From the IMG/VR virus record IMGVR_UViG_3300038393_000245, positions 76,289 through 140,288 of that record: a DNA stretch of 64,000 bases, one strand, 5' to 3'. The notes under the pieces were generated by a model. That model had not been told where the DNA came from. It worked only from the letters and a program-made list of their open reading frames with translations, and did not search any database. The translations under genes and the position numbers were made by a program. The stretch is from a virus (lineage: Duplodnaviria; Heunggongvirae; Uroviricota; Caudoviricetes). Numbering within the stretch: position 1 is the first letter of the stretch; every line of letters starts with the position of its first letter. This document shows positions 1 to 11,232 of the stretch, in pieces.

Positions 1-3000
1 CGCTCCTTAACAGATGCACCTCCTACTGGAGTGACTGAAGTTGTCGTAGCAGACGTCTGAACATTTATCACGAACGATCCAGAAGACATTCCGTCTGAGG
101 ATTCCACCGTTACATAGATTTGAGGTGATAGCGTGTACGTAGATGATCCACTCAAAGAGTTAATCTTGTTGAGAGTCGTTGTATCGACAACAAGATTAAA
201 CGATATCTGTCCTCCAGAATCAGTAGTCACGTAGTTAGATGGAGCAATCGATCCATTTCCAGCTTTCAACGTTGGAGTGACCATTATGATTCCCGAAGAA
301 TCAGATAATTTCACCACGTGTTGTGTAGAAGGCCTTAGTGATGCCATTCTTATCGCCTGAGTGACTCCAAGAGCACTATAAGCTATTTCTCCAAAATTCT
401 CACTCATAGTAGTAGGAACAAAGTGACCTGGTGAGATAGAAATCAGAGCACCATCATAGAACGTAGTTCCAACATTTGGAGAAGGAGGAGTTGGATCAAC
501 GTAGACAGTGCTATCAATTGGATACCAGAGAGTGTACTTCCAATATCTACTCTTCTTATATGTAGTGATCTTGTATTCTCTTCCGGTCGATGGATCGTGC
601 TGGAAGTTTAATTTTCCAGTTCGGACAATTCCAAGTCGAGATAGTACGGTAGTAATGTTACCCAGAGAATCTCTCTTAACAATCTCAATGTCGTCTACGG
701 CTGTATTAAAATCGTAGTCAATCCACCAAGAGCTTGGAACGCTAGAGAACATAATCCATCCGGTGTCTGAAACTGAAGCTCTGTTAGTAGTCGTTTCAGA
801 TCTGAATATAGACACCATCTTAGCCACTACAACAGGAGAAGGAGTAGGAGTAGGTGTTACAACCACAGGAGGAGTAGGAACGGATGCCAACGGTTGTGAA
901 ACTAGAGAGAAATCACCTACAACACTTCCAGTAGCAGTTACTTCTGGACCGTGTGGAGTTCCAGTCGATACAGACATTGGAACAACCTTGCTGTCAATAA
1001 CATCTGCAGCATACTCTGGATGATCCACATCAGAATGCTTACTGGTGGTATAGTCATCAACATAGAATCCGAACTTAAACCTATTAAGGCCAGGAGAAGC
1101 GTTGGATGGAATTACTTTGTCTCTCAGATCAGATTCTACTAGGCTTAGGGCAACATTGTACTCGAGATCCTTAATTCGTCTCTCTAGTTGCCCAATGTCT
1201 GACATGGTGTAACCCTTTGGCTGTTCGAGCTTTCTAAGGGTTTCATCTACTTCCAATTGAATCGTTTTATCTCTAATTCTTCTCAATAGGAATTTTTCGT
1301 TAGACATCTTCTTATCGAGGATATCCTTCATCGTTGACGAAAAGTGTTCCGCCACGCATGGATACGCCGGGATATCTATGGTGTTGAGATATAGAGTTCC
1401 ATTTGGAACGTCTGGTGTAGTTGGATTAGATGCAGGAGTTCCTCGAATTACCTTAAAGAGGTTATCCTTCGTTACTACTACCGAATCTTTCCTTCCGGTG
1501 AAATACTCCCTATCAAACTTCACTCCACTCTCAGGAAGAGGGAATTTCTTATCCGTTCCAGAGAACCCTAGAGTTTCTGAAGGATTTACTGTCGCTCCAG
1601 CTACAGTATTTGAATACGCTGCAGTAGCTGTCGCCACTGGTCTAAAGTCTATACAATTGAGAAGGTCGTAATAAGATCCTTGAGCCGTATATAACTCGGG
1701 AACCTCGAAACTGTTTGTTTTTGTTCCTAGGCTTGATAAGTCTAGAGAGTCATCAGAAAATCTTTGAGAAGTGTTAGAAGACACATAAGAATTTATCGTG
1801 TACACACCAGGAGTCGATGTGTAGGCATCAAACTGAACTAGCATCCAATGGTTAGATCCAATTGAGATGTTTGAACTCTTCTTTTTGTAGAGATAACCCA
1901 GTCCATAATAATCAGAAGTCTGATTATGATCAATGTAAAACTCACTCGTTACATCGGTTGAATTGGCATTAACTGTTGAAGAGGTCGAAAGATATACACC
2001 CTTGAGTCTGAAGATGTCAGGTATACCAAGACACCATGGACCATTGATATTAGAAGAAGTAACATCAATCTTAACGAAATTATCTCGAGATGCAGTCTTA
2101 CTCTGAGGAGTCGTGTCTCGAACTTCTACATCATATGTAATAGAGAAATTTGTTGCAGATGCAGATTTGAGAGTTGATCCAAGATTGACTGCTAGAGCCT
2201 TTCCTCCGTTGGTGACCGATACTGAAGCTCCAGGAATCCTAGACAGACCAGTAGGAATGTTGATTGGAAGAGCTCTAGAAACAGATGCCGTTCCATTAGT
2301 AAATGTAGCATTACTGTCAAACTGAAGACTTGTGGACGTCTTATTAGTCACTCTTCTAACTATATACGACGTAGAATTCTGCCAAAGAGCCGCATAATCA
2401 CCAACATTGTATTTGTTAATGGTTGAACTAGAGCTCATTGTTACAGTATTTGATCCACTCGTAACGGATCCAGTTCCATCGGAACTAGTATTTGGAGCGA
2501 ATATCATATCAGAAGATGGAACCATGATGACGGTCTTCTTCTCATTATCGGTAAGAGAAGTAGATTCATACGCGAAATATGAGTTTGGATCGCTCAATAG
2601 AATAGAAGCAGTTCCAGTATTTGCCATTGCTACAGTATCAGAGGTAGTTCTGTACACGTAGCTTAGGTTGTTTATGTTCTTTGTCGAATCACTTCCTGTT
2701 CTGAGAACAAGCGTCGATCCACTAGTTGTATCAAATAACTTGCATACACTAGTATTAAGGGTTGCATCGAAAGTTAGGACGGAATCTGCAACTGCTGTTG
2801 TGGTTCCCATCTGAACTCCACGGATTTGATTGAATACAAATCCAGCAGACATCTTGATATCAAATAGATACAAGCGATATGTAGCGGATGGAGTTCCCGG
2901 GACACCATCATCATAGACGAAATTTCTTACTCTAGCAGTTCCTATAGTAGATCCAGAGCTCGTTAGAACCCCAGCAGAAACTAGAGTAGTGTTTGACGCG

Positions 3001-4700
3001 AATGATGTTGAAGAATCTTTAAGATTTATTACGGTGCCGGTGTTACAATTCCAATTTCCAGCTACTTCAGTAACCAGAACATAATTTCCATAATCTATCG
3101 TTGCTGATAGATTAGATGCGGTTGACGAATCTATTCCCTTATCGACATCAGTATAGTAATTCGATACCGTCTCAACTCGATATCCATCAATATATCCTCG
3201 TCCTGGATCGATCGCTACAGTAAAATACTGTCCCTCATTAGAAGTGTTTGCCGGAGAACGAGTAGTGACTAAGAACTCGTCAAGAACAAAGTCACCAGAC
3301 TGTTCATTTGTTCTAATCGCCATCTCGTCCATAATTGAATTGAACTGAGTTCGGCGATTTTCTCTAAATGCTCTTCCTTCGGAGAAATCGACAATCGATA
3401 AGAATTCCTCATTGGCAGTTGCTACGTCTGTAGGAACAACGACCAGAGTTGGAGTTAGTTTTAGTCGATCGGCTCCAGGAGCAAATTCATTAGGGCCACC
3501 CGTGGTGTTATCTAGTAGATCTTGGTCACTATTAGAGTCAATAACATCTTCTAGAGTCTCGAACCCAACTGAAACATCATCAGGGCTTGGATCATGCTTA
3601 GATACAATTACTGTCTGAGGATTAACATGAATAAAGTGGCCCTTCTGATAAATGATACCCTCGGTCACTCCAAAAGCATAACCGAACCCAACACTGTTTG
3701 TTTTATTGGAAACGGTTATCTGAGCAATGTAATTCTGAGCAACAAGATCTAAATCAGTGTAGTTTCTAGAACCAATTGTTGACGCGCTGGCAGACGCTTT
3801 GATTGACACATATGGAGATACGTAATAACCCTCTCCAGGAGTGATAATCTTAATGTTGGTTATTTTTCCGATATCGGCACTAGTTATTACTTGAGCGGTG
3901 GCTCCAGATCCAACTGATGAATTAATAGTTGCTGTTGCTCCCGAAGTTCCTCCAATAATATCCTGACCGTCAGTGAATTGCCATGTGGTTGAAGATATCG
4001 CAGTATTCGATAAATCCGAAGTTCTAGGTTTTAATTGAAGAATCTTCTTTCCGTTAACACTCTGAATGGCTGTTACGAGAGCAACATGCTCTCCTCCAGT
4101 TTGCGTAACAATTTCTCCAACCGAAAAGTTTGCATTGCTAGTCTGAGTGATATCAAGAGCAGAACAGAATACAACTGAATCGTTATTAGCGAATCCAGAG
4201 CTTCCATTATTAATCTTAACCGAATGAACGGAATCTAGATAGTCATATATCTTAAGAACAGATCCAGAAGAGAATGATGTAGTGTTTCCATCATTTCCAG
4301 AATTGATATACCTCAGATATAGAGTCTTTAAATCCGGATCAGTCGTCTCATACCCATCTTGTGAATTAATGATATGTGCGGTAAGATTGCTGGATGGATC
4401 GACGATAAAATGAGATACGTAAGAGCTTGGGATGGCCGGTTGACCATCCAATTGTGAGTCGATTATCTTAATATACGAATAATTTGGATGATAGGTGAAG
4501 TTCACACCATCAATTATCGTTCCACGCTTGTAAATATTATTTCCGAGCCTCTCGACCTGTTCCTGAAGAATGGTCTGAAGCTCGTTCAGCTCTCTTACCT
4601 GAACTGCTACTCCTGGCTTGAAGAGTACTCGGTGATAATTCTTTTCCGGATCATGGTCGTCAAAATATGGAGAGACACTGAGGTCTTTATTTATTGGCAT
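1..4700 (-). CDS. very large tail-fibre-like structural protein (>1,560 aa), 3' end beyond window start
   Basis: ATG at 4700-4698 with AAGGA SD and an ATAAATA late motif (4733-4742) upstream. No minus-strand ORF is listed here, consistent with a frame open to position 1. Hand translation is Ser/Thr/Asn/Gly-rich like phage fibres. Plus-strand ORFs here are short shadow ORFs. Confidence 0.7.
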   Translation of the reverse strand, partial: MPINKDLSVSPYFDDHDPEKNYHRVLFKPGVAVQVRELNELQTILQEQVERLGNNIYKRGTIIDGVNFTYHPNYSYIKIIDSQLDGQPAIPSSYVSHFIVDPSSNLTAHIINSQDGYETTDPDLKTLYLRYINSGNDGNTTSFSSGSVLKIYDYLDSVHSVKINNGSSGFANNDSVVFCSALDITQTSNANFSVGEIVTQTGGEHVALVTAIQSVNGKKILQLKPRTSDLSNTAISSTTWQFTDGQDIIGGTSGATATINSSVGSGATAQVITSADIGKITNIKIITPGEGYYVSPYVSIKASASASTIGSRNYTDLDLVAQNYIAQITVSNKTNSVGFGYAFGVTEGIIYQKGHFIHVNPQTVIVSKHDPSPDDVSVGFETLEDVIDSNSDQDLLDNTTGGPNEFAPGADRLKLTPTLVVVPTDVATANEEFLSIVDFSEGRAFRENRRTQFNSIMDEMAIRTNEQSGDFVLDEFLVTTRSPANTSNEGQYFTVAIDPGRGYIDGYRVETVSNYYTDVDKGIDSSTASNLSATIDYGNYVLVTEVAGNWNCNTGTVINLKDSSTSFASNTTLVSAGVLTSSGSTIGTARVRNFVYDDGVPGTPSATYRLYLFDIKMSAGFVFNQIRGVQMGTTTAVADSVLTFDATLNTSVCKLFDTTSGSTLVLRTGSDSTKNINNLSYVYRTTSDTVAMANTGTASILLSDPNSYFAYESTSLTDNEKKTVIMVPSSDMIFAPNTSSDGTGSVTSGSNTVTMSSSSTINKYNVGDYAALWQNSTSYIVRRVTNKTSTSLQFDSNATFTNGTASVSRALPINIPTGLSRIPGASVSVTNGGKALAVNLGSTLKSASATNFSITYDVEVRDTTPQSKTASRDNFVKIDVTSSNINGPWCLGIPDIFRLKGVYLSTSSTVNANSTDVTSEFYIDHNQTSDYYGLGYLYKKKSSNISIGSNHWMLVQFDAYTSTPGVYTINSYVSSNTSQRFSDDSLDLSSLGTKTNSFEVPELYTAQGSYYDLLNCIDFRPVATATAAYSNTVAGATVNPSETLGFSGTDKKFPLPESGVKFDREYFTGRKDSVVVTKDNLFKVIRGTPASNPTTPDVPNGTLYLNTIDIPAYPCVAEHFSSTMKDILDKKMSNEKFLLRRIRDKTIQLEVDETLRKLEQPKGYTMSDIGQLERRIKDLEYNVALSLVESDLRDKVIPSNASPGLNRFKFGFYVDDYTTSKHSDVDHPEYAADVIDSKVVPMSVSTGTPHGPEVTATGSVVGDFSLVSQPLASVPTPPVVVTPTPTPSPVVVAKMVSIFRSETTTNRASVSDTGWIMFSSVPSSWWIDYDFNTAVDDIEIVKRDSLGNITTVLSRLGIVRTGKLNFQHDPSTGREYKITTYKKSRYWKYTLWYPIDSTVYVDPTPPSPNVGTTFYDGALISISPGHFVPTTMSENFGEIAYSALGVTQAIRMASLRPSTQHVVKLSDSSGIIMVTPTLKAGNGSIAPSNYVTTDSGGQISFNLVVDTTTLNKINSLSGSSTYTLSPQIYVTVESSDGMSSGSFVINVQTSATTTSVTPVGGASVKE

Positions 4701-4747
4701 CCTTAATCCTTAACGTGGAATGTTCTCTTGGTGTATTTATTCATATC

Positions 4748-6799
4748 TTAAAAAGATAGAACAATCTTGAAGGTTTCAGTCTTCTCTGAATCTCTCGTGA
4801 TAGCGTCTCCATATTCAATATAGGACACCGTTCCAGAGCCATACACGAGATCTGGTAAATATTTATTCGTCAGAGAAGCGACGGCTCCACTAGACATACC
4901 TCTTATTTCATTTGTTAAGTTAAGATTATCAACGCCGGTATTAAACACTCCATTTTGATTTGTAGTGTAGATCCTAAGTGTAGAGGTATCAGGATCAAGA
5001 GCAGTCGAATGGAATCTTGCAGTAACACCGTCATTATCTATTTGATATAGAACTTCATCAGGAATAAATTGTCCCTGAGTCATAGATCCAATATACGTGT
5101 ATGTTTGCATAAAGGTATTAAATCCTTTTGAAACACCATTTATCTTAACCGTATCTATTTCTGCTCTAACTCCGGTTTCTTTTCCTATAAGAATATCTCC
5201 CGAAGAGAATATTCCATATGTATCCGTTAGAGTGACCGCCTCTGATGAGAATCCATCAACCAATCCCTTAGATACTACATCGACAATATGAATGTTAGCG
5301 TACCCAGCTCCAGTATCCCACAATGCAATTGAATCCATTACGATTCCAGTATTAGAAACGGATTCTACGTTAGATACCTGATAATTGGTTCCATCCTCAA
5401 TTAGAATAGTATCGCCAACAACAGCGATGCTATGTGAGTTAACTCCATTAACAGTCAATAATTCTGTCAATTCATTGTTGGAATTTAATGATGTCTCAAC
5501 GGTTCCAGAAAGCTGGCGAGTCTTGACGTTATAAACCCATTCATTAGTATAGAAGTCTTTATTATTGTTAACAAGCGTCAACTCTATGCTTCTAAATTCT
5601 GGGTTCTTAATGATTCCTATCTGAGAATAATCATTATCGGTAATGATGGTGTTTGATTCCGTCCCGGATAGCTTAACATTCATTCCTACAAACTTTGAAC
5701 CTAACTCAGATTCTGCATTGGACCCATGTCCCTTCACCGGAGACATGATAGGGATAGCACTAGCTTGAGATGATACTCCAACCGATGAGGACGACATCAC
5801 CTGGACCGAACCATGATAATAATCTTGACCACGATCAATCATCTCGATTCTAGATACCGTATTTCCATTAGGATCTATTATCGCTCGAGCAGAAGCAGGA
5901 AGTGTTTCTCTTCCATCTCCGGTAATTTGAACAGATGGAGTTATTTCAAACACGGATCCATTTTGCGGTTGATTGGTTATATCAAATTGATCCGATAATA
6001 TCACAAAATTATGAGTTGCATTAGAGGTGTATGATTCGATCATTCGATATTGGCCAGAGCCAGCTCCAGCCGATACATACAGCCAACACGCGTCATAATA
6101 TCCATTAACTTCTTTAATATTGCTGACAGATATTCCGTATTTTTTGGGATCGCCATTAAGTCTAATGTCAGACACTCCAAACGATCCAGAAATGTAGTTA
6201 CTGTACCCCTTCCCTGGAGACGTTACTGATATAACATCTATAGATCCTGGAACTGCAGCATTCTGTACATTCGGATCATTGAACACTGGAATATATTCTG
6301 GAGTTGCAAATTTGGTAAAATCTGCGTCCGAGATAGAATACATAAACTTCCATCGATATCCATCGGTTGGATAGTAGAAGTCCAATTGAGATGATCCAAC
6401 GTTCGATATCGATGGAGATACTATTGAAGCGTTTCCGTTCCCATTCTCCAAACACTTGAATACGTTCCAGTTGGTTCCTTCTTGAACTACGACGTAAAAA
6501 TTCGTGTCATATAGTAAAGGATCTCTATGATCGTAAGTATCGAATACAATCCCGGATTGCCAGTCAATCCTTCTAATCATTAGATTAAGATCACTCTGTT
6601 GGATCTTCTTTCCGAATATCATTCCTTGGTACGAAGTGACAGACGTATCTTGCTCATTATCAAATGGCCTGATGTCATTATTAGCATCGATATGATTACT
6701 AACAAAGAAATAATATTGCTCTTCTCCAACAGAACTAATAAACCCTTCTGCAGAATCATGCTTATAGTTAATTGTAAGAAGTGATTTTGAATTATCCAT
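4748..6799 (-). CDS. baseplate wedge protein, gp8-like N-terminal region with long C-terminal extension
   Basis: Segment GYRWKFMYSISDADFTKFATPEYIPVF resembles T4 gp8 GYVWEYLFEIPPD..YIVVP. Follows the gp7-like gene as in T4 order 6-7-8. 683 aa against 334 aa in T4. Confidence 0.55.
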   Translation of the reverse strand: MDNSKSLLTINYKHDSAEGFISSVGEEQYYFFVSNHIDANNDIRPFDNEQDTSVTSYQGMIFGKKIQQSDLNLMIRRIDWQSGIVFDTYDHRDPLLYDTNFYVVVQEGTNWNVFKCLENGNGNASIVSPSISNVGSSQLDFYYPTDGYRWKFMYSISDADFTKFATPEYIPVFNDPNVQNAAVPGSIDVISVTSPGKGYSNYISGSFGVSDIRLNGDPKKYGISVSNIKEVNGYYDACWLYVSAGAGSGQYRMIESYTSNATHNFVILSDQFDITNQPQNGSVFEITPSVQITGDGRETLPASARAIIDPNGNTVSRIEMIDRGQDYYHGSVQVMSSSSVGVSSQASAIPIMSPVKGHGSNAESELGSKFVGMNVKLSGTESNTIITDNDYSQIGIIKNPEFRSIELTLVNNNKDFYTNEWVYNVKTRQLSGTVETSLNSNNELTELLTVNGVNSHSIAVVGDTILIEDGTNYQVSNVESVSNTGIVMDSIALWDTGAGYANIHIVDVVSKGLVDGFSSEAVTLTDTYGIFSSGDILIGKETGVRAEIDTVKINGVSKGFNTFMQTYTYIGSMTQGQFIPDEVLYQIDNDGVTARFHSTALDPDTSTLRIYTTNQNGVFNTGVDNLNLTNEIRGMSSGAVASLTNKYLPDLVYGSGTVSYIEYGDAITRDSEKTETFKIVLSF

Positions 6800-6808
6800 T
6801 ATTATCCC

Positions 6809-9328
6809 TTACGACTGAGATACACTCGATCCCATTAATTCTCCTTGAGAATCAATATTGATGTTTCTCAGAATAGAAGAAAATACTTTTGTTCCTGAGA
6901 CATGAAGAACACTCTTCAACATGTCCGAATATCTAGTAACCGATACTGGAGACTGTATCTCATATGAAAAATCTTGATAATAGTCTCCATCATACAGATA
7001 TTTATTGTCACTCAAGAAACCAGCTGACGTTCTATAAAATCCACTTCCAATTCCAGAAGTAACGACAGATGATCTGGCTAATCCACTATGACTATCATCC
7101 ATAGAAGAATATGTCACTGAATCACCATCCTTAAATCCAAATCCTGAATCAACAATTTTTAGAGACAAAACGGAAGTATTAGATGACGTTACTTGTGTAG
7201 AAATTTCGGCATTCTTTCCCGCGACTCCATCAATATCATATGTGACTTCAGAAGGATATGCCGAATGTCCAGAACTAGTTCCAACCATAAGATAAGAGTT
7301 TGCACTATTTCCAACCGTCCATCTATCCTCAAATGTTAATCTCTGAATGTGAACTTCAGATGTATTAGCAAATTTGACGATTCCTTTGGCTCCATTGATG
7401 GTCTGAGTTATCTCTTCTCCGGTTGTAAATACTCCAGTTGTCGACGTATATCGAATTATAAAATCTTTCTTGTCCATTGGTGCTATAAGATCATTAATGA
7501 CTTCTATGAATGGAGCATAAGAATATCCAACTCCAGGACTCTCGTTCTTTAATCTAGCGATCTTTCCAAGAGTTTTAGTCTCAAATTGAAAAGCATCAGC
7601 CAGAGTCATATTGTTGAGATTTGAATCATTTAAAGACGCACCATATGATGCAGAATTCAACCAGTTTTCCTGTTCGAGAACGTCGATATGGTCTCGCAAG
7701 AAATTTGTATTAAGATTTACAACCTCAGAATACAATAGGTCACTATCAAAACCAGTATTAGCTCCATTTCCAAAAGTTGTACTAGATATTGTAGCGTTCC
7801 ATTGAGAGGTATTCGCCGTATCAATAATGTAATTTCCAGAATCAGTTCTGAATGATCCTTGAACCCCTCTTATCCCTATATCGTAAGACAATGACGTTAT
7901 AGATACACTCTTCCCTGTCGAATTACTTATGAGAGGCTGGTTTGTTAGAAACAATCCTTCCAGTTCATCAACTTCGATAGAGAAAATATTAGTCGAGATG
8001 TTGGTTACGGATTTAACTCTAGAATTTGCATACGACACTCCATTCTTAACTTGATATGCAAAATCTCCCGTTGAAAAGGATTGAGAGTTTCCGGTGCAAT
8101 AGACAACCACGTTGCTAGATATAGATCCAACCGAGATTCCAGTAGCAGTATTTGAACTCCATCCTGCATTTTGAACAGTGAAGCTCTCAGTGTTTGAAGA
8201 ATTGTAATACAATGGAGCCGATGGATCCATATAATTGTTTCCACTAATCGTATTCAATAAGAAATATTGAGTTGTATTAGAACCTCCCAATTCCTGACTG
8301 AGTATTCTATTAACTCCTATTGGAGCTCCATTCGCATAGTAGTTATATACCAAATCTCCAACATTGAATGTTGTAGTGTTCGCATACCACTGAACATTGG
8401 CCATTGGCTGCACTATATTAAGTATCTTACCATCTAAGGAATTATTAGACGTGTCGACTATGTGAACATTTGATAGACGTAAAACTAAGTCTGAAATGTT
8501 AACATTAGAATCTGGGCTGTATCCCCAACCTCCATCGATTAGATCAAAATTAACGATACCAGTTATCGACTGAAGTTCGGATACTAGAGCTCTTCCTTCA
8601 GATCCTGACCTCGATTCTAATTTTACTTTCTCGCCCTTTGAAAAATTAGAACCTCCATCAATAACATCAAGTGAAGTGAGTGATCCAATTATTGTTGGAT
8701 AGTCTTCGTAATCTTCTTCTCCAACCGGGTTCGTGAATCGTATTTTTTCTCCGGTCTGAAATGTTCCCTGAATTGATGAAATATACAGAACTTCTATATA
8801 GTTCCCCTTAACCTTTCTTCTGACTAATTTCTCAACGAAAGCAGTCGCTCCGGATTTAACTCCAGTTATTGGTCTTCCAACAAATAATCTGTTAATAGGA
8901 ACTGATATTACTTCTAGATACTGAGGAATCGTCCATTCGGAGCTAGAGAGCCTGAAAACATCCTTTCCTGGATAATATACTTCGGATTCAGCAGAGAATA
9001 TTAAATCAAAGAATAATTTAATAGCGTTCTCAGTTCCCTTAGCTCTATAGAGATCGGTCGCATTCTTAATTAACTGTGTAGTATTAGTAGCGGTGTTTAT
9101 TTGTATTCCCTTTAAATACTTCTCTTTAAAGTAGATAAGGAAATTATCAACGGTTGTATCGATATCATGATTCGAAATATGGTGTCGAGCCTGGTAGATT
9201 GGAGATGATGAATCGGTCTCCATCCACACATAATATTGTTTCATGAATTCGATAAAGAGAGGTCCTTCCTCTCGATATATTTGAGGAAATTGCTGCTCAA
9301 TGAAATCTGAGATCGTTGTTTCTATCAT
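6809..9328 (-). CDS. baseplate wedge initiator, gp7-like
   Basis: YRAKGTENAIKLFFDLIF resembles T4 gp7 YSTKGIEASYKFLFKVLY. Positioned between the gp6-like and gp8-like genes. Start overlaps the gp6 stop (TAATG). Confidence 0.6.
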   Translation of the reverse strand: MIETTISDFIEQQFPQIYREEGPLFIEFMKQYYVWMETDSSSPIYQARHHISNHDIDTTVDNFLIYFKEKYLKGIQINTATNTTQLIKNATDLYRAKGTENAIKLFFDLIFSAESEVYYPGKDVFRLSSSEWTIPQYLEVISVPINRLFVGRPITGVKSGATAFVEKLVRRKVKGNYIEVLYISSIQGTFQTGEKIRFTNPVGEEDYEDYPTIIGSLTSLDVIDGGSNFSKGEKVKLESRSGSEGRALVSELQSITGIVNFDLIDGGWGYSPDSNVNISDLVLRLSNVHIVDTSNNSLDGKILNIVQPMANVQWYANTTTFNVGDLVYNYYANGAPIGVNRILSQELGGSNTTQYFLLNTISGNNYMDPSAPLYYNSSNTESFTVQNAGWSSNTATGISVGSISSNVVVYCTGNSQSFSTGDFAYQVKNGVSYANSRVKSVTNISTNIFSIEVDELEGLFLTNQPLISNSTGKSVSITSLSYDIGIRGVQGSFRTDSGNYIIDTANTSQWNATISSTTFGNGANTGFDSDLLYSEVVNLNTNFLRDHIDVLEQENWLNSASYGASLNDSNLNNMTLADAFQFETKTLGKIARLKNESPGVGYSYAPFIEVINDLIAPMDKKDFIIRYTSTTGVFTTGEEITQTINGAKGIVKFANTSEVHIQRLTFEDRWTVGNSANSYLMVGTSSGHSAYPSEVTYDIDGVAGKNAEISTQVTSSNTSVLSLKIVDSGFGFKDGDSVTYSSMDDSHSGLARSSVVTSGIGSGFYRTSAGFLSDNKYLYDGDYYQDFSYEIQSPVSVTRYSDMLKSVLHVSGTKVFSSILRNINIDSQGELMGSSVSQS

Positions 9329-11136
9329 TATTCTCGAACCGTTTCTATCTGTATAGATACCTCACTAGGGTCTATTCTCAAAATATCATTCATTGCAGAA
9401 GTTACGTCTGAGCTCGATGGAGCAGCGTAAAAATTAATACTTCCTTTATCATATTTTGTTGTGACAAAATTAACGAGCTGAACTAAACCGGTGTCATAAT
9501 CAACGGTTCCAGCATTAGCAATGAAGATATATCCTCCACCATCGAGCCTCATATATCGAAGATTTCCAACACCATCATCCTCAATGATTACAGTCTGGTC
9601 CTCATACTTAAATGGAGACGTATACACAGTTCTTAATTCTTCTGGACCATGAGATAGTTCAATCTCCGGAATGTCATTTCTAAGAGGCATTCCGAAATTA
9701 ATATCTATGTTCTGTCGTATTCCAAGTGTAGGAGAGATCTTCTTGTACACGTGCACGTCCGTGTCGTTTGAAATAATGGATTCATGAGATCCATCGATCG
9801 CAGCAATGAATTTCGATCCTAATAGAGTCGCTCCAAAATCATTTAGATTCTCTGTATTGTATTCGTCTATAGCATTCATAACAAGAAGCCTAATCTCATC
9901 TGGCTTCAGAGACGTAATGTTAAGATTATACTTAACTTTCGAATCAATCCTAGCATAGACAAATGTTGGATTAACAAATACGGGTTGGATTGGGTTCGCC
10001 ATCTTTGGCTTAATGAAATTATAATATTCGTCTCTCTTAGATGTTGGAAGTATATCAACTCCATCTACAGTGAGAGCAATAAAGACTTTTCCATACTGTG
10101 GTGGAGTAGCAGAATCTCCTCCATATACCGAAATAGCATCAATCTCAGGAAACTGTGTTTTCAAGAGAGCCTCATAATCTGAAACCGTTATAGCTCTTTC
10201 TTGAGTCTGGAAGTGTCTTGGAGCATTAAACTTAATAGATGATAGTGACTCAGGTTGAGCTCCTCCGATCGCTTTTGCAATTGTGGTAACAACTACTCTT
10301 CCAGAGTTATCACTCGTTAAATCGAGATCTGGAGAGAACAAAGTTGCTCCATTAGGAATCTCACCACTAGAAATTCTATACTGAACGGTTATGATCGACC
10401 CATCTAAAGGACGTCTTCCTAATATATCATCTCCAAACACGATTTCGTACTTACTTTGTTCACACGCCTGAAGAAAGTATGATCGAGACTGATTATCTAA
10501 TCCCAATAGAGTATCCGAAAGCGAGTAACTTACAACCGATGATCCACCATTCTCAATAGAGTTAACTATAAGAGAACTGGTATCAATCATAGGGTTGGAT
10601 AATACAAATCGAATGGAATCATTGTTATAATTCATCTCAAAAGTTTCTGTCACATAGAAACCCTCAAAGATATCGATTTGATCCGTCGTAAACTTGTATG
10701 TATTTGTTGTCGGATCTAGAGTCGTGAAATATACTTTCACTTCATCCGTAGTGAAAGTATAAGTTTGAAAATTATAGGTTGCCGTGAAGCTAGTTCCCTT
10801 AGGAATCGTTAGAGTGTTATTATTATTTTGCTCTACCTGAAGCTGTACAGTGGCTTTTGCGGATCTCGCCGATCTAGGTCGATAGTTCAACTCCTTCGCG
10901 TGAGATACTACAGACGATCTGAGTTGAGCAGAGTCTAAGAATGACTCTGACGTAAGCATGTTAACATAAAAAGCGTTCAATGAAGTATTGTACGCTAGTA
11001 TATCAAGCAATACTGATATATTTGGACCGTCAAAGTCAAAATCTTTGAAGATTGGTTGAGAGCGAAGATGGGCTTTGAGATTAGTTTTGATTGTATCAAA
11101 GTCCAGCGACGCGAGATTTAGGGAATTATTGGCCAT
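9328..11136 (-). CDS. baseplate wedge subunit gp6-like (baseplate_J family)
   Basis: DFDGPNISVLLDILAYNT and LRSSVVSHAKELNYRPRSARSAKATVQLQ match T4 gp6 DFEGSRLNVLCDLLAYNT and LRSSVVQAAQDNGYLPTSKSAAQTEIML. GATAAATAG late motif lies ~20 nt upstream of the ATG. Confidence 0.8.
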   Translation of the reverse strand: MANNSLNLASLDFDTIKTNLKAHLRSQPIFKDFDFDGPNISVLLDILAYNTSLNAFYVNMLTSESFLDSAQLRSSVVSHAKELNYRPRSARSAKATVQLQVEQNNNNTLTIPKGTSFTATYNFQTYTFTTDEVKVYFTTLDPTTNTYKFTTDQIDIFEGFYVTETFEMNYNNDSIRFVLSNPMIDTSSLIVNSIENGGSSVVSYSLSDTLLGLDNQSRSYFLQACEQSKYEIVFGDDILGRRPLDGSIITVQYRISSGEIPNGATLFSPDLDLTSDNSGRVVVTTIAKAIGGAQPESLSSIKFNAPRHFQTQERAITVSDYEALLKTQFPEIDAISVYGGDSATPPQYGKVFIALTVDGVDILPTSKRDEYYNFIKPKMANPIQPVFVNPTFVYARIDSKVKYNLNITSLKPDEIRLLVMNAIDEYNTENLNDFGATLLGSKFIAAIDGSHESIISNDTDVHVYKKISPTLGIRQNIDINFGMPLRNDIPEIELSHGPEELRTVYTSPFKYEDQTVIIEDDGVGNLRYMRLDGGGYIFIANAGTVDYDTGLVQLVNFVTTKYDKGSINFYAAPSSSDVTSAMNDILRIDPSEVSIQIETVRE

Positions 11137-11182
11137 CTTTTTCCAGTTACGCTAGAGTCTTTACTATTTATCCATTTTCGAG

Positions 11183-11211
11183 TTGACATTTTTCTGGCAC
11201 TATATTATAAG
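11183..11211 (+). promoter_or_regulatory. early promoter TTGACA-N17-TATAAG
   Basis: ttgacatttttctggcactatattataag. A 28-nt near-identical copy is at 11670-11698. Confidence 0.6.
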
Positions 11212-11232
11212 GCCAAGTCTTTAGAGAATGGA

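Noticed and set aside
508-4706. Plus-strand ORFs of 60-97 aa across the first 4.7 kb
   Set aside because: They lie antisense to one continuous minus-strand ORF with fibre-like composition. They are typical shadow ORFs with no SD or promoter context.
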